A stretch of DNA of 64,000 bases from Eubacteriales bacterium (GTDB lineage Bacteria > Bacillota > Clostridia > Oscillospirales > CAG-272). Below, piece after piece: positions 55,601 through 64,000 of this stretch. The position numbers and the translations under genes are program-made. The stretch covers positions 9,138-73,137 of the forward strand of contig JAZRQS010000004.1 of assembly GCA_045649925.1 (NCBI GenBank). The letters run 5' to 3'. Each line of letters begins with the position of its first letter. Position 1 is the stretch's first letter. Under the pieces are notes generated by a model. It was not told the origin of the DNA. It saw nothing but the letters and a program-made list of their open reading frames with translations, and ran no database searches.

Positions 55601-57529
55601 ATGAACTTGCACTTAAAGACAGAGAATTGCTTGGCGTGTAAGGGTAATCTATCTATTAGCGACAGTATAGGCAGTCCGTTTTTTCGGACTGCCTATGATG
55701 TAAAGAGCAAGCAGATAGCCACCCTTTGTGTTCCGAGACAGCTTGGCGCATATAACGTCACATTAAAGCTCTTTTGCGAAACAACTAACAAGACAATTGA
55801 ATATCCGCTTTCCTGGGAGCGCTCCCGGGGGGCTTGCGACGTTTACGTAGCTGAGTTTTCTGTTTTGGAGGCAGGTCTGTATTTTTATCGTGCAGAGCTT
55901 GAGAGTGCGGTAGGGCGTCTCTACACCGTGCGAGACGGATATTACGGGGCGTGTGCATTTCGCTTGCTTTTTGAAAATGCTCCATATGAATTTCAGCTTA
56001 CGCTAAGCGATTTCAAATATCCTGTACCAAAATGGCTCTATGGCGGTATAATATATCACGTTTTCGTAGATAGATTTTATCGCGCAGGAGAGGTAGCTAT
56101 ACGCAATGACGTAGTGATAAATGAGGATTGGGACAATGGAATACCCGAATATCCCGAATATCCGGGAGCGTTTCTGAGGAACAATGTGTTCTTTGGAGGC
56201 ACACTCTACGGCATTACCGAAAAGCTCGACTATATCGCATCACTCGGAGTCAACTGTATATATCTCAGTCCTGTTTTTGAAGCCTATTCAAACCACAAGT
56301 ACGATACGGGTAACTATTTTAAGATAGACGATATGTTCGGTGGCGAGGAGGCTTTTAAGGAACTGATTGAGAAAGCAAAGGAAAAGGGAATTGCCATAAT
56401 CCTCGATGGTGTTTTCAACCATACAGGTGCTGACAGCATATACTTCAACAAGTTTGGAAAATACGATTCCTTGGGTGCATATCAGTCGAAGGAATCGCCG
56501 TATTATAGTTGGTTCGATTTTCAAGAGTTTCCCAATAAATATACTTGCTGGTGGGGTATAGATATTCTGCCGAGAATAAACCCCTCAAATCCTTCGTGTG
56601 AGAACTATTTTATAGGTGACGGAGGCGTCATTGAGCAATATGCAAGAAGTGGCATAGGAGGAATGAGGCTTGACGTCGCTGACGAGCTTAGCGACTCATT
56701 TATTGCAGGAATAAAAAAGACGCTCTCAAAGTATTCGAAAGGACCTGTCTTATACGGCGAGGTGTGGGAGGACGCTTCAAACAAGGTAGCATATAGCACG
56801 CGAAAGAAATACTATCTTGGCGACGAGCTTGACGGAGTAATGAACTATCCCTTGAGAAAGGGGATAATACACTATTTCCGATACGGAGATACAGAGGCGC
56901 TGCGCTATGCATTGTGTGAGGTAATGCCGAATTGCCCAAAGCGTATTTTGGACGCCCAAATGAACATCTTAGGCACTCACGATACAAAAAGAATAATAAC
57001 TGCGCTTGCCGCACCTGACGAGGATGGAAAGACAAATTGCGAGCTTTCCACTTGGAGAATGAGTGATGATCAGTATTCTGCCGGAGTACAAATGCTGAAA
57101 AGCGCATATCTTGCTCTTGCGACTCTGCCGGGGATAGCTACTGTTTTCTATGGTGACGAGGCAGGAATGCAGGGATATAGCGATCCGTTCAATCGCCTGC
57201 CGTTCCCGTGGAATAATATAGACGAGGAGCTGTTGTCATTCTACCGTGAGGTAGGAGCTTTGAGAAGGCGAGAAAGCATATATAAAGACGGTGAGCTCAA
57301 GCTGTTGAGGCTCGATGGTCATGTGCTCGCTTTTGCAAGAGTGAAATCAAAGAAGGCGCTCTTTACTGTGATAAACAGAAGCGATAAGGATCTTTATGTT
57401 TTAGTTGACGGCAAGGCTACGGCTTTAATAGGAGCAGAGAAGGACAAGGCCTTTATTCGCATAAAGGCGCATAGCGGTGGTGTCATAAAATGCTCTGCGG
57501 AGTCGGTAAAAATCAAATTTTCCTTTTAA
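55601..57529 (+). CDS. GH13 alpha-amylase-family glycoside hydrolase (neopullulanase/debranching-like)
   Basis: All four GH13 regions are present: DGVFNHTG, GGMRLDVADEL, GEVWED and LGTHDT. I chose the ATG at 55601 (GGAG SD 7 nt upstream). Confidence 0.85.
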   Translation: MNLHLKTENCLACKGNLSISDSIGSPFFRTAYDVKSKQIATLCVPRQLGAYNVTLKLFCETTNKTIEYPLSWERSRGACDVYVAEFSVLEAGLYFYRAELESAVGRLYTVRDGYYGACAFRLLFENAPYEFQLTLSDFKYPVPKWLYGGIIYHVFVDRFYRAGEVAIRNDVVINEDWDNGIPEYPEYPGAFLRNNVFFGGTLYGITEKLDYIASLGVNCIYLSPVFEAYSNHKYDTGNYFKIDDMFGGEEAFKELIEKAKEKGIAIILDGVFNHTGADSIYFNKFGKYDSLGAYQSKESPYYSWFDFQEFPNKYTCWWGIDILPRINPSNPSCENYFIGDGGVIEQYARSGIGGMRLDVADELSDSFIAGIKKTLSKYSKGPVLYGEVWEDASNKVAYSTRKKYYLGDELDGVMNYPLRKGIIHYFRYGDTEALRYALCEVMPNCPKRILDAQMNILGTHDTKRIITALAAPDEDGKTNCELSTWRMSDDQYSAGVQMLKSAYLALATLPGIATVFYGDEAGMQGYSDPFNRLPFPWNNIDEELLSFYREVGALRRRESIYKDGELKLLRLDGHVLAFARVKSKKALFTVINRSDKDLYVLVDGKATALIGAEKDKAFIRIKAHSGGVIKCSAESVKIKFSF

Positions 57530-57548
57530 GTGATAAATAAACACGAAA

Positions 57549-57580
57549 AGCCTGTTGCAAATGCAACAGGCTCTTTTTTT
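57549..57580. terminator. bidirectional terminator between the glycogen operon and the aminotransferase gene
   Basis: AGCCTGTTGCA / TGCAACAGGCT stem with A-rich 5' and T7 3' flanks. Confidence 0.8.
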
Positions 57581-57594
57581 GTTTTACATGGCGT

Positions 57595-58716
57595 TTATTT
57601 TATAATATCCTTCAGTGTCCTTGTAAATACATCGATGTCCTTAACAGTATTGAAATAGCTGAGGCTCGCGCGCACTGTGCCATCAGATGGACTTTTGAGT
57701 GTAGCGTGCGCAAGAGGCGAGCAGTGCAGCCCTGTCCTTGCACATATCCCCTTTTCGTCAAGTGCGCTACCTATTACATCTGCCTTGATTTTTGGCGAAA
57801 AAAATGAAATTGTGCTGGTGCATTTCCTGTCAGCATCCTGCACGATTATTCCCTTGATGGAAGACAGTCTGTCAAACAGAAAATTGCGGAGAGTTTCTTC
57901 TCGCTCGGCAATTTCCTCTTTTCCTATTTGTTCAATAAAGCTTATTCCGGCGCACAGGGAAGCTATTGCAGGTGTCGAAAGTGTGCCACTCTCATACGCC
58001 TCCGGAGTAGCATATGGCATTTCAGGAGACCTTGAGTTAAGCCCGTTCCCACCTTCGACAAAGGTGCGCATATGACGCCTGTCGGAAAAAAGCGCAAATC
58101 CACTTCCTTGAATTCCGAAAAGGCCTTTATGACCTGGCGCACACAGCACGTTACATCCTATCTTCTCGATATTTATGTCGAGATGTCCTGCGCTTTGAGA
58201 CGCATCGAGGATAAAATAGATGCCATGTTTTTTGCACATCTGCCCAATTTTTTCTACTGGAATAACTCTTCCGCTGACATTTGAGACATGGTTGCAAATC
58301 AGCATATCGGTGTTCTTCTTTATCTTTTTCTCGATGTTTGCGACGACATCGTCATCGGTGGAAAAAATATCAAATTCGCACTCGCCTGTTTTTTTGAGAC
58401 TATACACCGGTCTGTATACGGAGTTGTGCTCTATATCACTTATTAAAATGTGAGAGCCCCTTTTATATGCCGATTTTATCGCCATATTAAGAGCATAGGT
58501 CGCATTGTAGGTAAACACTACATTTTCGGGAGCAGATGAACCGAAGTAATCACAAATTCGGCTTCTGCACTCATATATTTTTTCGGAGGCGAGGAGAGCA
58601 AGCCGGTGCGAGCCTCTGCCTGCATTTCCGCCAAATGTTTCTATACAGCTGATAAGCTCCTTTTTTATAGCCTCGGGCTTTGGATATGACGTTGCCGCGT
58701 TGTCAAGATATATCAT
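57595..58716 (-). CDS. class-V aminotransferase / cysteine desulfurase family protein
   Basis: 373 aa starting MIYLDNAATSYPKP. It has the PLP-lysine context APGHKG and the active-site cysteine context RTGLHCSPLAH. Confidence 0.85.
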   Translation of the reverse strand: MIYLDNAATSYPKPEAIKKELISCIETFGGNAGRGSHRLALLASEKIYECRSRICDYFGSSAPENVVFTYNATYALNMAIKSAYKRGSHILISDIEHNSVYRPVYSLKKTGECEFDIFSTDDDVVANIEKKIKKNTDMLICNHVSNVSGRVIPVEKIGQMCKKHGIYFILDASQSAGHLDINIEKIGCNVLCAPGHKGLFGIQGSGFALFSDRRHMRTFVEGGNGLNSRSPEMPYATPEAYESGTLSTPAIASLCAGISFIEQIGKEEIAEREETLRNFLFDRLSSIKGIIVQDADRKCTSTISFFSPKIKADVIGSALDEKGICARTGLHCSPLAHATLKSPSDGTVRASLSYFNTVKDIDVFTRTLKDIIK

Positions 58717-58722
58717 TCCGTT

Positions 58723-58935
58723 TTACCCGTTTGACAGCTCATAGTCAATTCCTTGCCTTTTCAGCTCGGCAATGACTGTATAAAGCTGTTCTTCTGAAAA
58801 TTCTATACTGTATGCGCACCCATTTGAATCCGAGGACGTCTTTATAAGGCGTGTTCTTACACCTATTGATAGAAGCGCCTTTCTTGCCTTCAGCGCATAG
58901 GTTATTGAGCCGATTTTGATGAGCTTCTTTTCCAT
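58723..58935 (-). CDS. DUF3343 (putative Se/S carrier-like) small protein
   Basis: 70 aa. It has the DUF3343-like layout (short beta-alpha fold with a central GC motif, SNGCAYSIEF). It ends 6 nt upstream of the aminotransferase start. Confidence 0.65.
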   Translation of the reverse strand: MEKKLIKIGSITYALKARKALLSIGVRTRLIKTSSDSNGCAYSIEFSEEQLYTVIAELKRQGIDYELSNG

Positions 58936-59058
58936 TTTTTACTCCTTTCAAAAATTCGGTACGCAATATTATAATATGCTTAAATATTTTTCAAGTGATG
59001 GATTTGCAAAAAATATTAAAAACAGAGCAAAAACACGATAAATAATTGCTAAAAAATA

Positions 59059-59087
59059 TAGACAAAATCCCAAAAATATGATATACT
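59059..59087 (+). promoter_or_regulatory. candidate sigma-A-type promoter for the MBL hydrolase-glnS-comFC unit
   Basis: TAGACA (59059-64), 17 nt, TATACT (59082-87). The track ATG at 59078 lies inside the spacer. Confidence 0.45.
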
Positions 59088-59131
59088 GTTATTTAAGGTT
59101 TTATAGTCTTTTTTCAAAGAAAAATCAGGAG

Positions 59132-59764
59132 GTGGTCAAAATTAAGATTTCGTGCTTTTTTGATGGTACTTACGCGTCAAACTGTTATCTTGTCACGAGC
59201 GACGATGAAAAGCACTCAGTAGTAATTGACCCTTCTGTCAGCTATGATTTTGTTTTTCGACAGCGTGGAAGTATTCCAACAGTAGACGGCATAATTCTCA
59301 CCCACACTCATTTTGACCACGTTTTGTGTCTTAGCGAGTGGAAAAACGAGACAGGTGCTCCTGTTTATATCAACGAGCTTGACGCAGAGTCCTTGTCTGA
59401 TGGTGAGAAAAACGGCTATAGCGTTTTCTTTGGCGAGCAGAGGTCTTACGGAAAGGCAGACGTTTTGCTGAAGGACGGCGACACAGTAGAATTTGGCGAT
59501 GAAAGGCTCTCGCTTTTGCATACTCCTGGACATACGGCAGGCTCTTCCTGCTTCGTAGGTGATGAGGTTATGTTTACGGGAGATACGATTTTCGCAGATG
59601 GAGGATATGGCAGGACCGATCTCTATAGCGGAAGTCCTCGACAGCTTTTTTCGTCTTTGAAAAAACTTTTCTCGCTCGACAAAAATTATATAATATTCCC
59701 AGGTCATGGTGCAGAGAGCACCTTGGAGGACGAAAAAACAAATCACGGATTTAATTCGTGGTAA
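59132..59764 (+). CDS. MBL-fold metallo-hydrolase (start codon uncertain: GTG 59132, ATT 59141 or track ATG 59078)
   Basis: It has the HxHxDH motif THTHFDHV, TPGHTAGS and GDTIFADGGYGRTD. AGGAGG SD at 59127-59132. Confidence 0.8.
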   Translation: MVKIKISCFFDGTYASNCYLVTSDDEKHSVVIDPSVSYDFVFRQRGSIPTVDGIILTHTHFDHVLCLSEWKNETGAPVYINELDAESLSDGEKNGYSVFFGEQRSYGKADVLLKDGDTVEFGDERLSLLHTPGHTAGSSCFVGDEVMFTGDTIFADGGYGRTDLYSGSPRQLFSSLKKLFSLDKNYIIFPGHGAESTLEDEKTNHGFNSW

Positions 59765-59808
59765 AACCTATTTAAATAATGGAGGCTGCGATTGATCGCA
59801 GAAAAAAT

Positions 59809-61461
59809 ATGGAAGAAATAAGATCAAATTTTATACATGACATTATAGATGAAAATCTTGCCGCTAATCCCGAGATGAAGATACACACGCGTTTTCCGCC
59901 TGAGCCTAACGGCTATCTCCATATCGGTAGCGCAAAGGCTATATGGATAAATACTAATACAGCAAAGAAATACGGTGGACTTTTCAATCTTCGCTACGAT
60001 GATACAAATCCTGCAAAGGAGGATACGGAGTATGTTGAGTCCATATATAACGACCTCAAATGGCTCGGCGCAGAGCCTACAGGTGGTATTTTCTACGGCT
60101 CTGACTATTTTGACAAGTGCTATGAGTATGCTATAAAGCTCATCAAGGAAGGAAAGGCATACGTGTGCGACCTCTCTCCTGATGAGATGAGAGAATACAG
60201 AGGCACTCTTACCGAGCCTGGCAAGAACAGCCCCTATCGTGATCGTAGTGTAGAGGAAAACCTCGACCTCTTCGAGAGAATGAAGAATGGCGAATTCCCC
60301 GACGGAGCAAAGACACTTCGCGCAAAAATAGATATGGCATCTCCCAACATGAATATGCGAGATCCTGCTATTTATCGTATAGTTCATGTCAGCCATCACA
60401 GACAGGGCGACAAGTGGTGCATGTATCCTCTTTCGGACTATGCGCAGCCTATTCAGGACGCACTAGAAGGAATAACTCACTCACTTTGCTCTATAGAGTT
60501 TGAAAATCACAGACCGCTTTACGACTGGGTAGTAAATAACGTGGGCTTTGAAAAACAGCCTCATCAATACGAGTTTGCACGCCTTAACGTTACTCACACG
60601 GTAATGAGCAAGAGATACCTCCGCGAGCTTGTGGAAACCAAGCTTGTTGACGGATGGGACGATCCTCGTATGCCCACATTGTGTGGCTTGCGCCGTCGTG
60701 GATATACACCCAGCGCTATATTTGATTTCGTAGAGCGTGCAGGTGTTTCAAAGGCGTATAGCGTTGTTGACTACGAATTGCTCGAGCATTGCATCAGAGA
60801 GGAGCTCAACACTACAGCAAATAGGAGAATTGCTATATTAAATCCCGTTAAGGTAGTTATCACCAACTATCCTGAGGATAAGGTTGAATATTTCGATCTT
60901 CCTAACAATCCTCAGAATCCCGAAGCATCTACAAGAAAGCTTCCTTTCACAAGAGAGCTGTATATAGACGCCGATGACTTTGCGGAGGTACCTCCTCCGA
61001 AGTTCTTCCGCCTGAAGCCTGACGGCGAGGTCAGACTTATGGGCGCTTATATAATAAAGTGTAACGAGGTAGTAAAGAACGACGACGGCTCTATAAAAGA
61101 GATAAGATGTACATGCGACCTCGAAACAAAGAACGGAAATCCCGCAGACGGCAGAAAGATAAAGGGAACTATCCATTGGCTTTCCGCCCCCTTTGCAAAG
61201 GATGTCGATGTAATGCTTTACGATCACCTCTTTACCATCGAGAATGTAGCTGATATTCCCGAAGGAAAGGGTTACGGTGACTACTTGAATACGGACTCCG
61301 TGACTCGCATTGTGAATTGTAAGGTTGAAGAAGCTCTTGCGAATGCAAAAGCGGGCGAGAGATTCCAGTTTGTCAGAATAGGCTATTTCGTAAAAGATAC
61401 CAAGTATGAAAACACGTTCAACAGAATTGTCGGCTTGAAGGACAGCTACTCAAAGAAATGA
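59809..61461 (+). CDS. glnS: glutamine--tRNA ligase
   Basis: It has TRFPPEPNGYLHIGSAKA (HIGH) and VMSKR (KMSKS). The start MEEIRSNFIHDIIDENL aligns with the E. coli GlnRS N-terminus. An alternative ATG lies at 59779. Confidence 0.93.
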   Translation: MEEIRSNFIHDIIDENLAANPEMKIHTRFPPEPNGYLHIGSAKAIWINTNTAKKYGGLFNLRYDDTNPAKEDTEYVESIYNDLKWLGAEPTGGIFYGSDYFDKCYEYAIKLIKEGKAYVCDLSPDEMREYRGTLTEPGKNSPYRDRSVEENLDLFERMKNGEFPDGAKTLRAKIDMASPNMNMRDPAIYRIVHVSHHRQGDKWCMYPLSDYAQPIQDALEGITHSLCSIEFENHRPLYDWVVNNVGFEKQPHQYEFARLNVTHTVMSKRYLRELVETKLVDGWDDPRMPTLCGLRRRGYTPSAIFDFVERAGVSKAYSVVDYELLEHCIREELNTTANRRIAILNPVKVVITNYPEDKVEYFDLPNNPQNPEASTRKLPFTRELYIDADDFAEVPPPKFFRLKPDGEVRLMGAYIIKCNEVVKNDDGSIKEIRCTCDLETKNGNPADGRKIKGTIHWLSAPFAKDVDVMLYDHLFTIENVADIPEGKGYGDYLNTDSVTRIVNCKVEEALANAKAGERFQFVRIGYFVKDTKYENTFNRIVGLKDSYSKK

Positions 61462-62222
61462 GTTTTTCTTTCAAAAAGGTAAAGAACTATTTAGCAAATC
61501 TTGTATTTGTTCCGCATTGCGCAGGCTGTGGAAATCTTCTGCCGCCACAAGCGCAGGATTGCTTTTGCGAGGACTGTCGGTATATCTACGATAGCGCCAA
61601 GGAACGTGAATGTCCTCGGTGTGGCAGACCACTGACAAAATGTCTTTGTCCCACCCCTCAGCTCGAAAAGAGCAGAGTGCACAAGCTCGCAAAGCTGGTG
61701 TTTTATCATTCACAGTCAAATTCCCATGCCGTAAATTCAGCGATATTCAAGCTTAAAAAGACGGCAGAAAAGCGTTTGGTAGAGGTTTTAGCCTACGACC
61801 TCGCACAATCGGTAAAGCCGATGATAGAATACAACAAAGAGAAATATATAGTGACGTATGCACCAAGAACGAGAAAGGCGATTCTGAAATATGGCTACGA
61901 CCATATGGAAGTGCTGTCTCGCAGAGTGGCAGAATTACTCGAGCTACCATGGGCGAAGCTCATAGTCAGACATTCGGGAAAAGAGCAGAAAACCTTGACG
62001 TATGCAGAGAGATTGAAAAACATTGACGTGTCTTTTAATCACAAGAACAAGCTAGATGTAAAAGGCAAGTATGCTATTATTGTGGACGATATAGTTACCA
62101 CCTCGGCTACGCTTTCCTCGTGCGCTCGTCTCCTTCGCAAGAATGGAATAAGGAGCGTCGTTTGTGCAGTTGTTTCGGTATCGGCAAATGCATATAACGA
62201 TCAAAAAAAGACGATCTCGTGA
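61458..62222 (+). CDS. comFC: ComF family protein (ComFC-like, Zn-finger + phosphoribosyltransferase fold)
   Basis: 254 aa with N-terminal CxxC pairs (CAGCG, CEDC, CPRCG) and the PRT motif IIVDDIVTTSATL. It overlaps the glnS stop by 4 nt. Confidence 0.8.
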   Translation: MSFSFKKVKNYLANLVFVPHCAGCGNLLPPQAQDCFCEDCRYIYDSAKERECPRCGRPLTKCLCPTPQLEKSRVHKLAKLVFYHSQSNSHAVNSAIFKLKKTAEKRLVEVLAYDLAQSVKPMIEYNKEKYIVTYAPRTRKAILKYGYDHMEVLSRRVAELLELPWAKLIVRHSGKEQKTLTYAERLKNIDVSFNHKNKLDVKGKYAIIVDDIVTTSATLSSCARLLRKNGIRSVVCAVVSVSANAYNDQKKTIS

Positions 62223-62234
62223 TCGTCTTTTTTG
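62208..62234. terminator. bidirectional terminator between comFC and rsmI
   Basis: AAGACGATC-TCGT-GATCGTCTT with an A7 5' flank and a T6 3' flank. The comFC stop codon lies within the hairpin. Confidence 0.85.
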
Positions 62235-62257
62235 TTTATATTAGTTGCTTATAATAG

Positions 62258-63142
62258 TTATGAGTTCAAAATCTTGTACAGCTCGCTTTTGCTCATTTCT
62301 CTGTCCTTGGCAGCCGCCTTGATAGCATCCATACGAGCAAGACCCTCTTGCTCATAGTGCGCTACGTGTTCTTCGGGGGAAAGGTCGAGCAGGGGAGAGG
62401 CTTCTGCGAGTTGCGTATAGGGTGATCCTTCCATTACGAGAACGTACTCGCCGCGAGGGGATTTTTCTTCATACAAAGCGATAGCCTGCGATATTGTCGT
62501 GTGAATTATTTCCTCGTTCAGCTTGGTTAATTCTCGGCAGAGAGTTATTCTTCTATCGCCAAACACTTCAAAAAAGTCAGAGAGTGTGGTTTTTAGTTTG
62601 TGTGGCGCCTCATAGAAAATGAGCGTCCTTTTCTCGTCCTTTATCTCTGCGAGGCGTCGGCTCCTTTCTCCCTTTGAGGTGGAAACAAATCCTTCAAATG
62701 CAAAGCGACCTGTCGGCAATGCAGACAAGGCGAGCGCCGTAACGGCTGCGCAGCATCCTGGCACACAGGTGACAGTGATTTTTTTCTCTGCGCAAAGAGC
62801 GACTATGTCTTCACCCGGGTCACTTATAGCAGGCATTCCTGCATCGGTGACGAGTGCACAGCTTTCTCCGTTTTCAATTCTTGCAGTTATTTCCTCTCCT
62901 CTTTGACGCTTGTTGTGCTCATAATAGCTGACAAGCTCTTTTTTTATGCCAAAGTGGAGCAACAGGCTCCTTGTGTTACGTGTATCCTCTGCGGCGATAA
63001 AATCCACGTCAGAGAGCACCTTTAGAGCTCTTTCGGATATGTCGGAAAGGTTTCCGATGGGGGTGGCTACAAGATACAGAGTATTCTTTTCAGTTTTGTT
63101 TTTTTCTGGCTTTGCGCTCTGTGCGCTATTTATACTACTCAT
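62258..63142 (-). CDS. rsmI: 16S rRNA (cytidine1402-2'-O)-methyltransferase RsmI
   Basis: Start moved to the ATG at 63142 (MSSINSA...). It has LYLVATPIGNLSDIS, AEDTR and DAGMPAISDPG motifs. It overlaps the upstream gene by 8 nt. Confidence 0.9.
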   Translation of the reverse strand: MSSINSAQSAKPEKNKTEKNTLYLVATPIGNLSDISERALKVLSDVDFIAAEDTRNTRSLLLHFGIKKELVSYYEHNKRQRGEEITARIENGESCALVTDAGMPAISDPGEDIVALCAEKKITVTCVPGCCAAVTALALSALPTGRFAFEGFVSTSKGERSRRLAEIKDEKRTLIFYEAPHKLKTTLSDFFEVFGDRRITLCRELTKLNEEIIHTTISQAIALYEEKSPRGEYVLVMEGSPYTQLAEASPLLDLSPEEHVAHYEQEGLARMDAIKAAAKDREMSKSELYKILNS

Positions 63143-63896
63143 TGGCTTGAAAAAATCCTTTTTCGTATATTTCTTTTGTTTGTTCAGTATATTCGGTGTT
63201 TGTCGTGTCCTTGTATATAAACAGGGGCTTGCTGACGATACAGCCACACTTTGCGCCCTTTTTCGCTTCCAAAAGAAGCATAGAAGGCTCGCTTTCTGTA
63301 TTGGCGTGCACGAAAGTCATCTTTTTTGGCTCTATCCCGTTTTTGCGGAGCTCGGAAAACAGCTCCACAATTCTGTCAGGACGATAGACGCAGTAAAACA
63401 GTCCGCCATATTTTAGCTTTTTAGTCGCTGCTTGACAGAAGTCGCCTATGCCTCCAAAAATTTCGTGTCGTGCGATAGTCTTTTCGTCGTGAGTATTCAT
63501 ATATCCACCGCTCGAAATCATATACGGCGGATTTGTAAAAATCACATCGTATTCGCCGTCTCCGTAATTTGCGACGTCACGTATATCGGCGCAGACGGCG
63601 GTTATTTTATTCTGCAATCCGTTGAGAGAAATATTGCGGGATATTATATCGGCAAATTCCTTTTGCACCTCGACACATAAAATCTCATTAAGCTTTTGCC
63701 TTTGTGCGCACAAAAGAGAAATTATTCCACTCCCACCACCAAATTCGATGGCGCGAGCGCGAGGAGCCTTCTTTATATATGAAGCGAGAAGTAGCGCATC
63801 GGTGCCGAGCTTTAGTCCGTTATCTCTCTGTATAAGAGAGAGATTGTCGTTTACCTCGTCAATATGCTCGCCCTCGTGTAATATAACGTTTTCCAT
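63135..63896 (-). CDS. class I SAM-dependent N6-adenine methyltransferase (TrmN6/YabB-like)
   Basis: Start at the ATG at 63896 (MENVILHEG...). It has the SAM motif IEFGGGSGIISL and the catalytic NPPY (FTNPPYM). Confidence 0.8.
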   Translation of the reverse strand: MENVILHEGEHIDEVNDNLSLIQRDNGLKLGTDALLLASYIKKAPRARAIEFGGGSGIISLLCAQRQKLNEILCVEVQKEFADIISRNISLNGLQNKITAVCADIRDVANYGDGEYDVIFTNPPYMISSGGYMNTHDEKTIARHEIFGGIGDFCQAATKKLKYGGLFYCVYRPDRIVELFSELRKNGIEPKKMTFVHANTESEPSMLLLEAKKGAKCGCIVSKPLFIYKDTTNTEYTEQTKEIYEKGFFQANE

Positions 63897-64000
63897 AACT
63901 GTCCTTTGTAAGTATTTATAAAAAGCGGAGAAGCGAGCAAGCCGCATCTCCGCTATCTCATAAAAATATGTAGATTACTCCTTAACGGGAGCTCCTACAG

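Noticed and set aside
63961-64000. Possible 3' end of another minus-strand gene at the window edge (TAA at 63975-63977 or the neighbouring frame).
   Set aside because: Only about 8 codons are visible and two frames are open, so no call can be made.
1-64000. I searched the whole window for CRISPR-like spaced repeats, IS or transposase ends, integrases next to the tRNA, phage genes, toxin-antitoxin pairs and known defence-system domains.
   Set aside because: None was found. The only repeats seen are short operator-like direct repeats and homopolymer tracts. The tRNA-Arg gene is flanked by housekeeping genes, with no integrase or att-like duplication.

Overview
This 64-kb window looks like core chromosome from a spore-forming, Clostridia-type Firmicute. 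That placement is inferred from gene content only: yabP-yabQ-divIC, an IspH-S1 fusion, glgBCDAP, and GluRS together with GlnRS. I support about 60 CDS, nearly all housekeeping: MEP pathway (dxs, ispH), t6A (tsaB/tsaE), plsY, glyA, gltX, glnS, dinB, cdaA-cdaR, recJ-relA-dtd-hemZ, hup, and a complete glycogen operon plus a GH13 enzyme. There is also one stand-alone tRNA-Arg(CCG), several hand-identified sigma-A-type promoters and rho-independent terminators. I found no rRNA, CRISPR array, transposase, integrase, phage genes or recognisable defence or toxin genes.

The strongest finding is a complete, hand-foldable T-box riboswitch (13245-13499) whose specifier reads UAC (Tyr). It controls a five-gene operon rather than an aaRS: an ANL acyl-CoA synthetase, iorA, iorB, a paaK-type ligase and an ACT protein. 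Switching on under starvation implies arylacetate-to-tyrosine salvage by reverse indolepyruvate:ferredoxin oxidoreductase, not amino-acid fermentation.

Secondary observations:
- A Cmk-PlsC fusion ORF has two A9 slippery tracts exactly in its inter-domain linker, and it is translationally coupled to the IspH-S1 fusion.
- An orphan histidine kinase.
- A Crp/Fnr-led ABC operon of unknown substrate.
- A DUF3343 / class-V aminotransferase pair.
- Possible non-canonical translation-initiation arrangements at the MBL hydrolase and glnS genes.

All functional calls come from my own recognition of motifs in the translated ORFs. No database search was run.
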